Positions 10,551 to 21,147 of a DNA stretch of 64,000 nucleotides are shown here, piece after piece; the stretch's first letter is position 1; each line of letters opens with the position of its first letter. Below the pieces are notes generated by a model that saw only the letters and a list, made by a program, of their open reading frames with translations, did not search any database and was not told the origin of the DNA. This DNA is from Candidatus Omnitrophota bacterium. Its GTDB lineage: Bacteria; Omnitrophota; Gorgyraeia; Zapsychrales; JANLHA01. The translations under genes were made by a program, and so were the position numbers. Location: positions 102,166 through 166,165 of the forward strand of contig JACKFJ010000003.1 in the NCBI GenBank assembly GCA_020632535.1, written 5' to 3'.

Positions 10551-11102
10551 ATGGTTTTACTCGAATCTATTCTCATTAAGCTAGGTACCACAATGCCAGA
10601 CTTCAGTCTTAACGATCCGCACGGAAAAAATTATAAAGGCAATGATCTCTTTGGCGAACGTGGACTTTTGGTCGTTTTTACATGCAATCACTGCCCATAC
10701 GCGATCGCCGTTTGGCCGCGCGTTATTGCTTTAGCCAAATATGCCAAAGCGATGAAAATCAATACCGTTGCCATTAACCCCAATATCAATCCTGCTTATC
10801 CAGACGATGCTCCCGATAAAATGATCGAAAAGATCACTGAGCTAGGCATCGATTTTCCCTATCTTGTAGATGAATCGCAAGCAACAGCACGCAGTTTTAA
10901 AGCCCAATGCACACCCGATATTTATCTTTTCAATAAAGACAAAACCTTGGCTTATCATGGCCGCATTGATGACAATTGGCAAGATGAAAGCAAAGTCACG
11001 CGCCAAGAGTTAAAAGAAGCTTTAAATAATATGGCCACCGGACAACCGCTTGATCCTATTCAACGACCCTCAATGGGGTGTTCTATCAAATGGAATAGCT
11101 AA
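10551..11102 (+). CDS. thioredoxin-fold (AhpC/TSA-redoxin-like) protein
   Basis: The ORF-track entry starts at 10422, but the ATG at 10551 follows AAGGAG (10539-10544). A CNHCP motif sits in FTCNHCPYA. 183 aa. Confidence 0.75.
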   Translation: MVLLESILIKLGTTMPDFSLNDPHGKNYKGNDLFGERGLLVVFTCNHCPYAIAVWPRVIALAKYAKAMKINTVAINPNINPAYPDDAPDKMIEKITELGIDFPYLVDESQATARSFKAQCTPDIYLFNKDKTLAYHGRIDDNWQDESKVTRQELKEALNNMATGQPLDPIQRPSMGCSIKWNS

Positions 11103-11116
11103 AATTGTAGCATTTT

Positions 11117-11154
11117 AAGCCCATAGTAATACTTTGCTGTGGGCTTGCTTTTTT
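11117..11154 (+). terminator. rho-independent terminator after the redoxin gene
   Basis: The stem AAGCCCATAG...CTGTGGGCTT (1 mismatch) is followed by GCTTTTTT. Confidence 0.6.
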
Positions 11155-11162
11155 AATATAAA
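11134..11162 (+). promoter_or_regulatory. candidate promoter of the fur-family/metal ABC operon
   Basis: TTGCTG (11134-11139), 17 nt, TATAAA (11157-11162). This implies a very short (about 10 nt) leader before the ATG at 11181, and no SD is visible. Confidence 0.35.
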
Positions 11163-11182
11163 TATGAGACACTATCTCATAT
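11162..11182. promoter_or_regulatory. 8-5-8 inverted repeat; candidate operator overlapping the -10/+1 region and the fur-family start codon
   Basis: ATATGAGA-cacta-TCTCATAT has perfect 8-bp arms. The right arm ends within the ATG (11181-11183). Confidence 0.4.
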
Positions 11183-11639
11183 GAGAAAAAAAGCAACACA
11201 CCAGCACCTTGCAGAACATACCAAATACCGGCAATACCTATTAAAAAAAGGCCTCAAACTCAGCCGAGCGCGTGAAACTGTTTTCTGGGAAGTCATGGAA
11301 GCGCATGGTCACTTCGCAGCTGAGGAACTGGTCAAGCAATGCGCAATTCGAAATCGCGGTGTCTCACGCGCCACAATTTATCGCTCTCTTAAAGAACTTT
11401 TTGGTGCCGCCGTCATCAGGGAGACAGCTTTTGGTGAAAAGCATCATCACTTTGAGCATGTATATGATGAAAAACTTCATCACCATGCTCGCTGCATTCA
11501 CTGTTACAAAATTATTGAGGTTCCATGTCTACAAGAATACAAGAAGTATCTTGAGCTTTTAAAAAAGGAACATTTTCAAGTTCTCGGACATGAACTTCAT
11601 TTTTATGGAACCTGTCAAAACTGCCTGGAGATCAAATAA
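11181..11639 (+). CDS. Fur-family metalloregulator (Fur/Zur/Mur type not resolved)
   Basis: 152 aa. wHTH N-domain (SRARETVFWEVMEAHGHFAAEEL), a His-rich site (HHHFEH..HHH), and CxxC pairs (CIHC...CQNC). Confidence 0.85.
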   Translation: MRKKATHQHLAEHTKYRQYLLKKGLKLSRARETVFWEVMEAHGHFAAEELVKQCAIRNRGVSRATIYRSLKELFGAAVIRETAFGEKHHHFEHVYDEKLHHHARCIHCYKIIEVPCLQEYKKYLELLKKEHFQVLGHELHFYGTCQNCLEIK

Positions 11640-12568
11640 TGTACGATATAAATTTGAAGCAAAAATTATCAAATTTTTCATTTCTTCTTTTATTTGCAAT
11701 GCTGTTTTTTGTGCCAGACGCATACGCGGATAAACCAATAAAAATTGTTGCAACAATCGGTCAATTGTCCGATGTCGTTGCCAACGTTGGTGGTGAGCGC
11801 GTCAAAGTCGAAGGACTCATGGGTGCTGGTGTTGATCCGCATCTTTATAAGGCCAGCGAGGGGGATGTCCGTAAATTGCGTGAAGCACAAATCATTTTTT
11901 ATAATGGCCTTTTTTTAGAAGCCAAGATGGAAGACATCTTCAAGAAAATGCAACGTCGCGTCAAAACCGTTCCCGTTGGAGAAAGTATTCCTCGCGCCGA
12001 GTTACTGGAAAGTGAAGTGTTTCACGGCCATTTTGATCCACACATCTGGTTTGATGTCACACTATGGCAAAAAGTCACAATTAAAGTCAAAGAAACTTTA
12101 TGTGAATTTGACAACTTATATTGCAAGGATTATGAAAAGCGTGCTGTAGAATATTTAGAAAAACTAACTCAGCTGGATCAATTTATCAAAACCAGAGCAT
12201 TAGAAATATCAAAAGACCAACGTATTCTAGTAACAGCACATGACGCATTCCGCTACTTTGGCCGAAAATATGATTTTCAAGTGAAAGGTTTGCAGGGCAT
12301 CAGCACACAATCCGAAGCAGGTATAAACGATGTCGTAAATCTTGCCGACTTTATCGCTGAGCACAAAATCAAAGCAATTTTTATCGAATCTTCCGTGCCC
12401 GAACGTAATATTCAAGCTGTTCGTGAAGCGGTAAAATCACGCGGATGGGATGTAAAAATTGGCGGCGAACTTTTTTCGGATGCTATGGGTCATGAAGGTA
12501 GCTTTGAAGGTACTTATATCGGCATGGTCACACATAATATTAATACCATCGTTGACTCACTCAAATAA
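11639..12568 (+). CDS. metal ABC transporter substrate-binding protein (ZnuA/TroA/MntC cluster-9 family)
   Basis: 309 aa. N-terminal signal-like hydrophobic segment; DPHLY and DPHIWFD motifs. The ATG overlaps the fur-family TAA. Confidence 0.85.
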   Translation: MYDINLKQKLSNFSFLLLFAMLFFVPDAYADKPIKIVATIGQLSDVVANVGGERVKVEGLMGAGVDPHLYKASEGDVRKLREAQIIFYNGLFLEAKMEDIFKKMQRRVKTVPVGESIPRAELLESEVFHGHFDPHIWFDVTLWQKVTIKVKETLCEFDNLYCKDYEKRAVEYLEKLTQLDQFIKTRALEISKDQRILVTAHDAFRYFGRKYDFQVKGLQGISTQSEAGINDVVNLADFIAEHKIKAIFIESSVPERNIQAVREAVKSRGWDVKIGGELFSDAMGHEGSFEGTYIGMVTHNINTIVDSLK

Positions 12569-12578
12569 AGGAAACACC

Positions 12579-13346
12579 ATGACAAACACTATGCAATCCA
12601 ATTCATTAGCCATCGAAGTAACAGATTTGACCGTGGCCTATCAAGAAAAGCCAGTACTTTGGGACGTAGACTTTAATGTCCCACAAGGCGTTTTACTTGC
12701 CATTGTCGGACCCAATGGCGCCGGTAAATCAACATTAATTAAAACCATCCTTGGCCTTGTAAAACCAGTTGCCGGCCGTATCTTAGTACTTGGCGCGCAA
12801 TATCAGGCGCGAAAGCAATTGATTGCTTATGTCCCACAGCGAAGCAGTGTGGATTGGGATTTTCCAACTAACGTGCTCGACGTTGTCTTGATGGGACGCT
12901 ACGGACATCTTGGATGGATCAGAAGACCAAGCCCTAAAGATAAGAAATTGGCGATTGAATGTTTAGAGCGTGTCGGCATGGCGGACTTTGCTGGACGACA
13001 AATCAGTCAATTATCTGGCGGACAGCAGCAAAGAGTTTTTTTAGCACGTGCTTTTATTCAAGAAGCCTCAATTTATTTAATGGACGAGCCATTTGCCGGC
13101 GTAGACGCAACAACCGAAAAAAGTATTATTGAACTTCTCCGTGAAATTAAAAAAAGTGGAAAAACTGTAATCTGTGTCCATCACGATCTGGAAACACTTA
13201 AAGAATATTTTGACTGGGTGATGCTACTAAATGTCCGCCGAGTATCTTTAGGGCCGATTGCGACAGCGCTGACGCCAGAAAACCTCAAACGTGCTTATGG
13301 CGGCCGCGCATTATTTCTCGATCAAAAAGGAGACACCCGTGTTTGA
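12579..13346 (+). CDS. metal ABC transporter ATP-binding protein
   Basis: The ORF-track entry starts at 12459, but the ATG at 12579 follows AAAGGA. Walker A GPNGAGKST, signature LSGGQQQRV, Walker B IYLMDEP. Confidence 0.9.
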   Translation: MTNTMQSNSLAIEVTDLTVAYQEKPVLWDVDFNVPQGVLLAIVGPNGAGKSTLIKTILGLVKPVAGRILVLGAQYQARKQLIAYVPQRSSVDWDFPTNVLDVVLMGRYGHLGWIRRPSPKDKKLAIECLERVGMADFAGRQISQLSGGQQQRVFLARAFIQEASIYLMDEPFAGVDATTEKSIIELLREIKKSGKTVICVHHDLETLKEYFDWVMLLNVRRVSLGPIATALTPENLKRAYGGRALFLDQKGDTRV

Positions 13347-14478
13347 GCATGTATTCCACTTAATTGCGAGCAATTATACTTTGCAAATCGTTACACTCGG
13401 AGCTTTGATTTTAGGAATTACCGCAGGCGCTTTAGGAGCTTTTGCGGTTTTGCGAGAACAAAGTTTGCTAGGCGATGCCATTTCGCATGCGACGCTTCCC
13501 GGGGTAGGTCTCGCGTTTTTGATTACGCAGGATAAAAGTCCATTGACCTTATTAATTGGTGCGGGAATCGCCGGTTGGCTTGGCACCATTTGCGTCAAAT
13601 TAATAACACAATCAACTCGAGTTACCAAAGACGCGGCATTAGGAATCATCCTTTCGGTATTTTTTGGATTTGGCCTTGTCATCATTACGATTGTACAAAA
13701 GCTACCCACCGCAACCAAAGCGGGATTGGATAAATTTTTATTCGGCAATGCAGCAACTCTCCTTAAAGAAGACGTCGTGACAATGACTTATTTAAGCAGT
13801 ATTGTTTTACTGCTACTTATTCTCTTTTGGAAAGAATTTAAATTATTAACTTTCGATAATGATTTCTTTAAAAGTCTTGGATTGCCTTTTCACATCTTTG
13901 ATATCTTGCTCACGACTTTGATCGTCTCAGCGATCATCCTCGGCTTACAAACAGTTGGTGTTGTTTTAATGAGTGCCATGATTGTGGCGCCAGCTGCAGC
14001 CGCACGACAATGGACGGATCGATTGGGGGTTATGGTGATCCTGTCCTCATTCCTAGGAGCACTCTGTTGTGTCGCTGGCGCAATCACTAGCAGTATTATT
14101 CCTAATATGCCGACAGGACCAATCATTACTGTATATTTAAGTTTAACGGTTATTATTTCCTTATTTTTGGCGCCGCATCGAGGCTTGGTATGGGATTGGA
14201 TAAGAATTTTTCATCAGCGCGCCATGATCGAAAGCGCATCGATATTACAAAATCTTCTTATTCTCTCTGAAAGCCACACGGATCCATTTCATCCCCATGA
14301 AGCGGCAGTTTTAAAAACATTAGGGACTGACACACTCCGTCGGAATATCACAAAATTAGTTAGAGCTGGTTTAATTAAACAGTACCCCGGAAATTTAATA
14401 TCCTTAACACCATTGGGGTTGAAGAAAGCCAAAGTACTTACACATAACCTACATACTGAAAGCCAAAGGTTAATTTGA
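13339..14478 (+). CDS. ABC-3 family metal permease with a C-terminal DtxR-type winged-HTH extension
   Basis: The GTG at 13339 follows AAAGGAG and overlaps the ATPase stop. A polytopic core is followed by about 100 extra aa (14176-14475): ...VLKTLGTDTLRRNITKLVRAGLIKQYPGNLISLTPLGLKKAKVLTHNLHTESQRLI. This reads like the N-terminal DNA-binding domain of DtxR/MntR repressors. Confidence 0.8.
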   Translation: MFEHVFHLIASNYTLQIVTLGALILGITAGALGAFAVLREQSLLGDAISHATLPGVGLAFLITQDKSPLTLLIGAGIAGWLGTICVKLITQSTRVTKDAALGIILSVFFGFGLVIITIVQKLPTATKAGLDKFLFGNAATLLKEDVVTMTYLSSIVLLLLILFWKEFKLLTFDNDFFKSLGLPFHIFDILLTTLIVSAIILGLQTVGVVLMSAMIVAPAAAARQWTDRLGVMVILSSFLGALCCVAGAITSSIIPNMPTGPIITVYLSLTVIISLFLAPHRGLVWDWIRIFHQRAMIESASILQNLLILSESHTDPFHPHEAAVLKTLGTDTLRRNITKLVRAGLIKQYPGNLISLTPLGLKKAKVLTHNLHTESQRLI

Positions 14479-15587
14479 TGTCACCAAGTTTAGAAATCAT
14501 AATTTTAGCTTCCTTGGTCGCACTCACATGCGCTTTACCCGGAGTATTTCTTGTCTTACGACGAATTTCATTAATGAGTGATGCGATCAGCCACGCAATT
14601 CTGCTCGGAATTGTCGTTATGTTTTTTATAACCAAAGACCTGTCTTCACCGCTTTTATTGATCGGCGCGACGATAACCGGCGTCCTGACCGTGACCGTTA
14701 CCGAAATGCTGATCCGGACACAAAAAGTTAAAAAAGATACCGCGATTGGCTTAGTGTTTCCGTTCCTATTTTCCATTGGGGTCATTTTACTTAATAAATA
14801 CGCGTCGGGAATTCATCTTGACGCAGATTGCATTCTTTTTGGTGAAATTGCCTTCGCACCATTCGATCGATTTATCTTTCAAAATGTCGATCTTGGTCCA
14901 ATCGGGTTATGGTTAATGAGCGTTGTTTTTCTACTTAATTTAACGTTCATCATCGTATTTTATAAGGAATTAAAGCTCGCAACCTTTGATCCCGCGTTAG
15001 CAGCGGCTCTTGGTTTTACACCAATTCTTTTGCATTATGCACTCATGAGTTTAGTCAGTATTACCGCGGTCGGGGCTTTTGAAAATGTCGGATCCATCTT
15101 AGTCGTTGCTTTATTCATTGCTCCGCCGGCTACGGCATATCTTTTAACCAACCGCTTGTCCGTCATGCTGATCTTAAGCGGCGCAATTGGAATCATAGCG
15201 GCAATTTCCGGATATTGGCTCGCACACTTTCTGGATGCGAATATCGCGGGTTCAATGGCGACGATGTGTGGAGTTATTTTCTTTATTGTTTTTATCTTTG
15301 CACCAGAGCACGGCTGGCTCGCACGACAATTTTTTCGCCGTTTTAAACAATGGGATTTTGCCAAAGACATCCTGACTGTTCATCTACTGCAGACAGAACT
15401 TAATCACGCGGATCAAACAGAACAAATTGTAAGTCATATGACGGATCACATGCTCTGGGATCATCCATTTACCATCGATGTCATTAGTCGTTGCTTACAG
15501 GATGGATTGATTGTGCAAGAAGGCGAAAAATTAATCCTCACAAATTACGGACGCGAAAAAGCAAAAATTTCGATTTTAAAAGGTTGA
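14475..15587 (+). CDS. second ABC-3 family metal permease, also with a C-terminal wHTH-like extension
   Basis: ATGA overlap with the upstream permease. A polytopic core is followed by about 93 extra aa (15306-15584): ...FTIDVISRCLQDGLIVQEGEKLILTNYGREKAKISILKG. Confidence 0.8.
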   Translation: MMSPSLEIIILASLVALTCALPGVFLVLRRISLMSDAISHAILLGIVVMFFITKDLSSPLLLIGATITGVLTVTVTEMLIRTQKVKKDTAIGLVFPFLFSIGVILLNKYASGIHLDADCILFGEIAFAPFDRFIFQNVDLGPIGLWLMSVVFLLNLTFIIVFYKELKLATFDPALAAALGFTPILLHYALMSLVSITAVGAFENVGSILVVALFIAPPATAYLLTNRLSVMLILSGAIGIIAAISGYWLAHFLDANIAGSMATMCGVIFFIVFIFAPEHGWLARQFFRRFKQWDFAKDILTVHLLQTELNHADQTEQIVSHMTDHMLWDHPFTIDVISRCLQDGLIVQEGEKLILTNYGREKAKISILKG

Positions 15588-15619
15588 TTCTTGAGCAGAG
15601 GCAATTATAATAGACGTCA

Positions 15620-16807
15620 ATGAAATTTGTCTCTCGCAAATCGACGAACACCGATTCCATCGCAATCTTAGCTGATCTTACCAACGATCTTCCTCTCGAA
15701 GAATGGGATGCCGGTTTTATCTTTATCTCATTTTTTAGTCGTGAATCTGCCGGACAAATCGCGAATGAACTTCAAAAAAAAATCCGCTGCCATAATTTTT
15801 TAGGATGTTCGTCTGCCGGCGTCATCACCGATACAACGGAAATCGAACATCTACCCGCGGTGTCTCTGATCCTCATGAAATTTGACCATGTGACAATGCA
15901 GCCGTTTTATTTGAGCCAGAGCGAAATTTCCGCGATGACAAAGAATGAAGAGTGGTATGAATTTCTTGATGTCTATCCTAACGAAAAGCCGAAGTTCTTT
16001 ATCTTGCCGGATCCCTTTTCTATTGATATTAATCAACTGTTGTCATCATTTAATAAAGCTTACAATCTTTGTCCTGTCATTGGTGGACTTGCCAGCGGCG
16101 GCGCTCAAGCGGGTGACAATACATTGATTCTCAATAACACATTATACGAAGACGGATGTGTCGGTTTAAGCCTACAGGGTGATATTCGTGTTGAAACCGT
16201 CGTTTCCCAAGGATGTCGACCGATCGGTGAAAGTTATATTGTAACGAAAGCTGAAGGGAATGTGATTCATGAATTGGGAGGTCGTCCTTTCTATAAAGTC
16301 CTCGAAGAAGTTTTAAGCATCAAAGCTACTGATCGAGACCGCACATTAGCACAAGAAGCAATATTCGTTGGCATCGCTATGGATGAATATAAGCACGATT
16401 TAAAAACCGGAGACTTTTTAATTCGCCTTGTCATTGGCTTAGATCAAGAAAGCGGAGCTGGAGCCATCGCGGACTATATCCGCGTCGGCCAAACGATTCA
16501 ATTTCATGTCCGTGACGCGATCTCCGCAACTCAAGAATTAACCGACCTTATGCATACACAAATCAAGCGCCATCCGACAGATAAACCGCAGGGAGCACTG
16601 CTTTTTTCCTGCAATGGGCGCGGAAAAAACCTCTTTGGCGTGAGAGACCATGATCTAAGTATCGTTAAGGAACATGTCGGCAACATTCCGGTGGCAGGCT
16701 TCTTTTGCGCAGGTGAAATCGGTCCTGTTGGCGGACAAAATTTTGTACATGGATTTACGTCGAGCATTGCTTTATTCTATCCACTCACCCCGCCAACCAA
16801 ACATTAG
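15620..16807 (+). CDS. FIST-domain (N+C) putative sensory protein
   Basis: 395 aa, soluble. The layout and stretches such as GFFCAGEIGPVGGQNFVHGFT at the C-terminus match what I recall of FIST_C. This is recalled by pattern only. Confidence 0.65.
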   Translation: MKFVSRKSTNTDSIAILADLTNDLPLEEWDAGFIFISFFSRESAGQIANELQKKIRCHNFLGCSSAGVITDTTEIEHLPAVSLILMKFDHVTMQPFYLSQSEISAMTKNEEWYEFLDVYPNEKPKFFILPDPFSIDINQLLSSFNKAYNLCPVIGGLASGGAQAGDNTLILNNTLYEDGCVGLSLQGDIRVETVVSQGCRPIGESYIVTKAEGNVIHELGGRPFYKVLEEVLSIKATDRDRTLAQEAIFVGIAMDEYKHDLKTGDFLIRLVIGLDQESGAGAIADYIRVGQTIQFHVRDAISATQELTDLMHTQIKRHPTDKPQGALLFSCNGRGKNLFGVRDHDLSIVKEHVGNIPVAGFFCAGEIGPVGGQNFVHGFTSSIALFYPLTPPTKH

Positions 16808-16858
16808 CCTAATCATCGCTGTTGAGAAATTTACTGATTTGTGTTAGTTTATATCACG

Positions 16859-17230
16859 ATGAATAATACGACACCCAACTCAACAACACAAAACGCACCC
16901 AACAAGTCTGTTGTGATTTTGACTCCAGCCGCGGTTGAAAAGGTGCGATCAATGATGCAAAAAGAAAACAAACCCGACTACGGATTACGTGTCGGTGTTG
17001 TCACCGGCGGCTGTGCAGGATTATCATATGAAATGCGTTTGCAAAAAGCGGCTTATGAAAATGATGTCATTGTTGAACAAGACGGCATTAAAATGTTTGT
17101 CAATAATGAAAGCGTCGACTTCCTCAAGGGGATTGTTATTGATTACGTTGATACATTAAAAGAAAGCGGCTTTAAATATAGCAATCCCAACGCCAAGTCC
17201 AGTTGCGGCTGCGGAACTTCCTTTAGTTAG
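16859..17230 (+). CDS. IscA/ErpA/HesB-family A-type Fe-S carrier
   Basis: The ORF-track entry starts at GTG 16841; the ATG at 16859 gives MNNTTPN. Contains GGCAGLSY and the C-terminal SCGCGTSF motif. Confidence 0.85.
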   Translation: MNNTTPNSTTQNAPNKSVVILTPAAVEKVRSMMQKENKPDYGLRVGVVTGGCAGLSYEMRLQKAAYENDVIVEQDGIKMFVNNESVDFLKGIVIDYVDTLKESGFKYSNPNAKSSCGCGTSFS

Positions 17231-19054
<1,824 letters not shown>

Positions 19055-19076
19055 AAATCTGATTTTAGAAACAAAG

Positions 19077-19112
19077 AAAAAACCTCATCGGTCATAGATG
19101 AGGTTTTTCTTG
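19077..19112. terminator. bidirectional rho-independent terminator between convergent thiC and the 610-aa ORF
   Basis: In AAAAAACCTCATC-ggtcata-GATGAGGTTTTTCTTG, an A-run and a T-run flank a 7-10 bp stem. Confidence 0.65.
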
Positions 19113-19131
19113 TTTAAATCAATAAACTCGG

Positions 19132-20964
19132 CTAAACTGAAACAAGTTGCGAATGATTTTTAAATACACTACTGTACACGTTAACAAATTCTTCAAGCCG
19201 CACTTTGAGCGCATCAAGATCCTGTAAAGCTTTCTGACGATATTCTTCCGTTTCAAGAATCATTTGTGGAAAAAGTTTTTGATAGTACTCAATTCCACCC
19301 AAAAGATTCGTACGAAATTCGTTCAAATACACAATTTGCTTTGGCGTAGGGGAAGGAAGAATCTTTTTTATTTCCCTGACGAGAAAATCAATATTTATTT
19401 TCAACTCTTTATTAAACATATTGGGTCGATATCCGGAATTCAAAAGATTAATACGCCCATAAATATGATCAACCATTTCCTTTAACGTTACAATTTTTGA
19501 AAAATACGCCAAGTTTGGACCGGGGCAAACCGCGGAAAAGCGCTTACCATTTTTAAAAACATTGTTTTTAATCAAAGCGCCCTCACCGAGATCATTACAA
19601 ATACAAGCCTTCTTAACAACCGCATCAAATTGCTTTTTATAATCAGTAAAAGCAAGCTGCAATTTTGCAAGCTGTTCAAGTTTCAGTTTTTGGTAAAGAC
19701 GAGAAGCGGTACAAATCGGCTCTTTGGTAAACTCAACATTAGAAACCAAATGTCCTTTAGGACAGGCACTGCCCGGTTTTCCAGATTCAATCTTACGATT
19801 TTTCTCATCATCACTCGGATTGTGGCGAATATTATTAAATGGTACACCTAATGGCGAAACATCACTGGTGTAAAGATCCGCCTCCGTTGCTTGCGAAAGT
19901 TGCCGCAAAGTTGGTTCATCCACATTCGTCGCCTCAGGGCAAAGAAGAAATGGTGTTCCCCAGCCCGTGCTGTCAACATTATAATATTCACGTAAAAATC
20001 TGTCTTCATTGAGCGTGCCAATCCCGCCTTGTGCCGTCAACTTAACTTCCGGAACGACAGCAGGGATCACACGATTTTTAATCTTTAAAGCTTCCGCGTA
20101 AACCGTATGAAGAGTGGAAATTAACTCACCACGCTTCGTTTTAAATTCTTCCAAAATCGGTCCCATGAGCATTCCAGCGGCTGGAAAAACGTGTCCACCG
20201 CAATTTAAACCGGATTCAACACGATACTCTGAAATCCAAATGCCCTTTTTGGCAAAGAATTTACCTTGAATGAGCGAGGAACGAAAATCGCTGACTTTCA
20301 AAATAACACGTTTTTTAATAAAGCCACTGGCGTCTGCATAAAAATCTTTAAATTCTTCGACGTAACTGTAAAGTCTTTGGTTAATGCCCGCAGAAAAAAC
20401 AATTGCTGATTGTAAAGTGCTTTCACCATAACCTCGCAAAGCCGCTAAAGCATCTGAATAAATCGAAGGGAGAGGTACGCCATCCTTAGCAAAATTGGTG
20501 CGGTCAAGCTTAGTCATAATATTGACATTGATGTCCCCGGGCGCAATCGCATTGCGAAGATCATCCTGCATTTTTTTCTTACATACCTCATCACCGGTCG
20601 CAAGCATTTCACGATAAAGTTTTTTTACAGGAGATGTTTCAGGCAAGAGTTCAAAATATTTCGTTATTTCACTACCAATAACAAAAGCAGAAGCTTTCAA
20701 ATCCGCAAATTGCTTTTTAACTATGCGGTCAAGTAAATTCAAATACGCCGTAATTCTTTTCGCGCGAAAATCTTCATCATATTTTGTGATAGGGGTATAG
20801 GGTTCACCTGTTTGCTCACAATAAAATTTACGCATGTCTTCAATTAAAGTATCATCTACCAAAGAAATAACAGACGAAATCCCGTAACGCGCCACCTTAA
20901 CTGGCGAGTCAATCGAGAATCCGGTACCCATAACGGGAATATGAAAAGTGTGCAATTTACTCAT
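19132..20964 (-). CDS. conserved-looking hypothetical protein; possible distant FMN/TIM-barrel (NMO/FabK-like) oxidoreductase with a Cys-rich C-terminal half
   Basis: 610-aa uninterrupted ORF. IPVMGTGFSIDSP near the N-terminus, RVESGLNCGGH, and LTAQGGIGT recall the PxMxG / E-x-GGH / AAGGI motifs of nitronate monooxygenase/FabK. The C-terminal half has spaced Cys residues (CPKGH, ICTAS, ACICND, AVCPGP). The function is not established. Confidence 0.55.
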   Translation of the reverse strand: MSKLHTFHIPVMGTGFSIDSPVKVARYGISSVISLVDDTLIEDMRKFYCEQTGEPYTPITKYDEDFRAKRITAYLNLLDRIVKKQFADLKASAFVIGSEITKYFELLPETSPVKKLYREMLATGDEVCKKKMQDDLRNAIAPGDINVNIMTKLDRTNFAKDGVPLPSIYSDALAALRGYGESTLQSAIVFSAGINQRLYSYVEEFKDFYADASGFIKKRVILKVSDFRSSLIQGKFFAKKGIWISEYRVESGLNCGGHVFPAAGMLMGPILEEFKTKRGELISTLHTVYAEALKIKNRVIPAVVPEVKLTAQGGIGTLNEDRFLREYYNVDSTGWGTPFLLCPEATNVDEPTLRQLSQATEADLYTSDVSPLGVPFNNIRHNPSDDEKNRKIESGKPGSACPKGHLVSNVEFTKEPICTASRLYQKLKLEQLAKLQLAFTDYKKQFDAVVKKACICNDLGEGALIKNNVFKNGKRFSAVCPGPNLAYFSKIVTLKEMVDHIYGRINLLNSGYRPNMFNKELKINIDFLVREIKKILPSPTPKQIVYLNEFRTNLLGGIEYYQKLFPQMILETEEYRQKALQDLDALKVRLEEFVNVYSSVFKNHSQLVSV

Positions 20965-21092
20965 AGTTCATCCTTTGTCAGCATGTGTAATTATACCGTG
21001 TCACAGCATATTAGCAAGGAGTTTTCTCTATCATTCATGCTACTTCAAAAGTGTTAGTATTACAGCACTTATGTATATATTTTATGAAAAAT

Positions 21093-21121
21093 TTGCGTTT
21101 TAAGTAAATTTATATTAGAAT
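21093..21121 (+). promoter_or_regulatory. sigma70-like promoter of bioB
   Basis: TTGCGT (21093-21098), 17 nt, TAGAAT (21116-21121), 26 nt before the bioB ATG. Confidence 0.45.
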
Positions 21122-21147
21122 GCTTCCACTTAAAGAAAGCTGAGAAA

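Noticed and set aside
11272-11562. 96-aa ORF overlapping the fur-family gene in another frame
   Set aside because: The Fur-family frame has the full wHTH, His and CxxC signature. The alternative frame has none.
21095-21123. Imperfect inverted repeat GCGTTTTAA-N11-TTAGAATGC over the bioB promoter (possible BirA operator)
   Set aside because: There are two mismatches in the 9-bp arms, and there is no resemblance to the TGTAAAC/GTTTACA-type BirA half-sites I know. It may simply reflect the AT-rich promoter.
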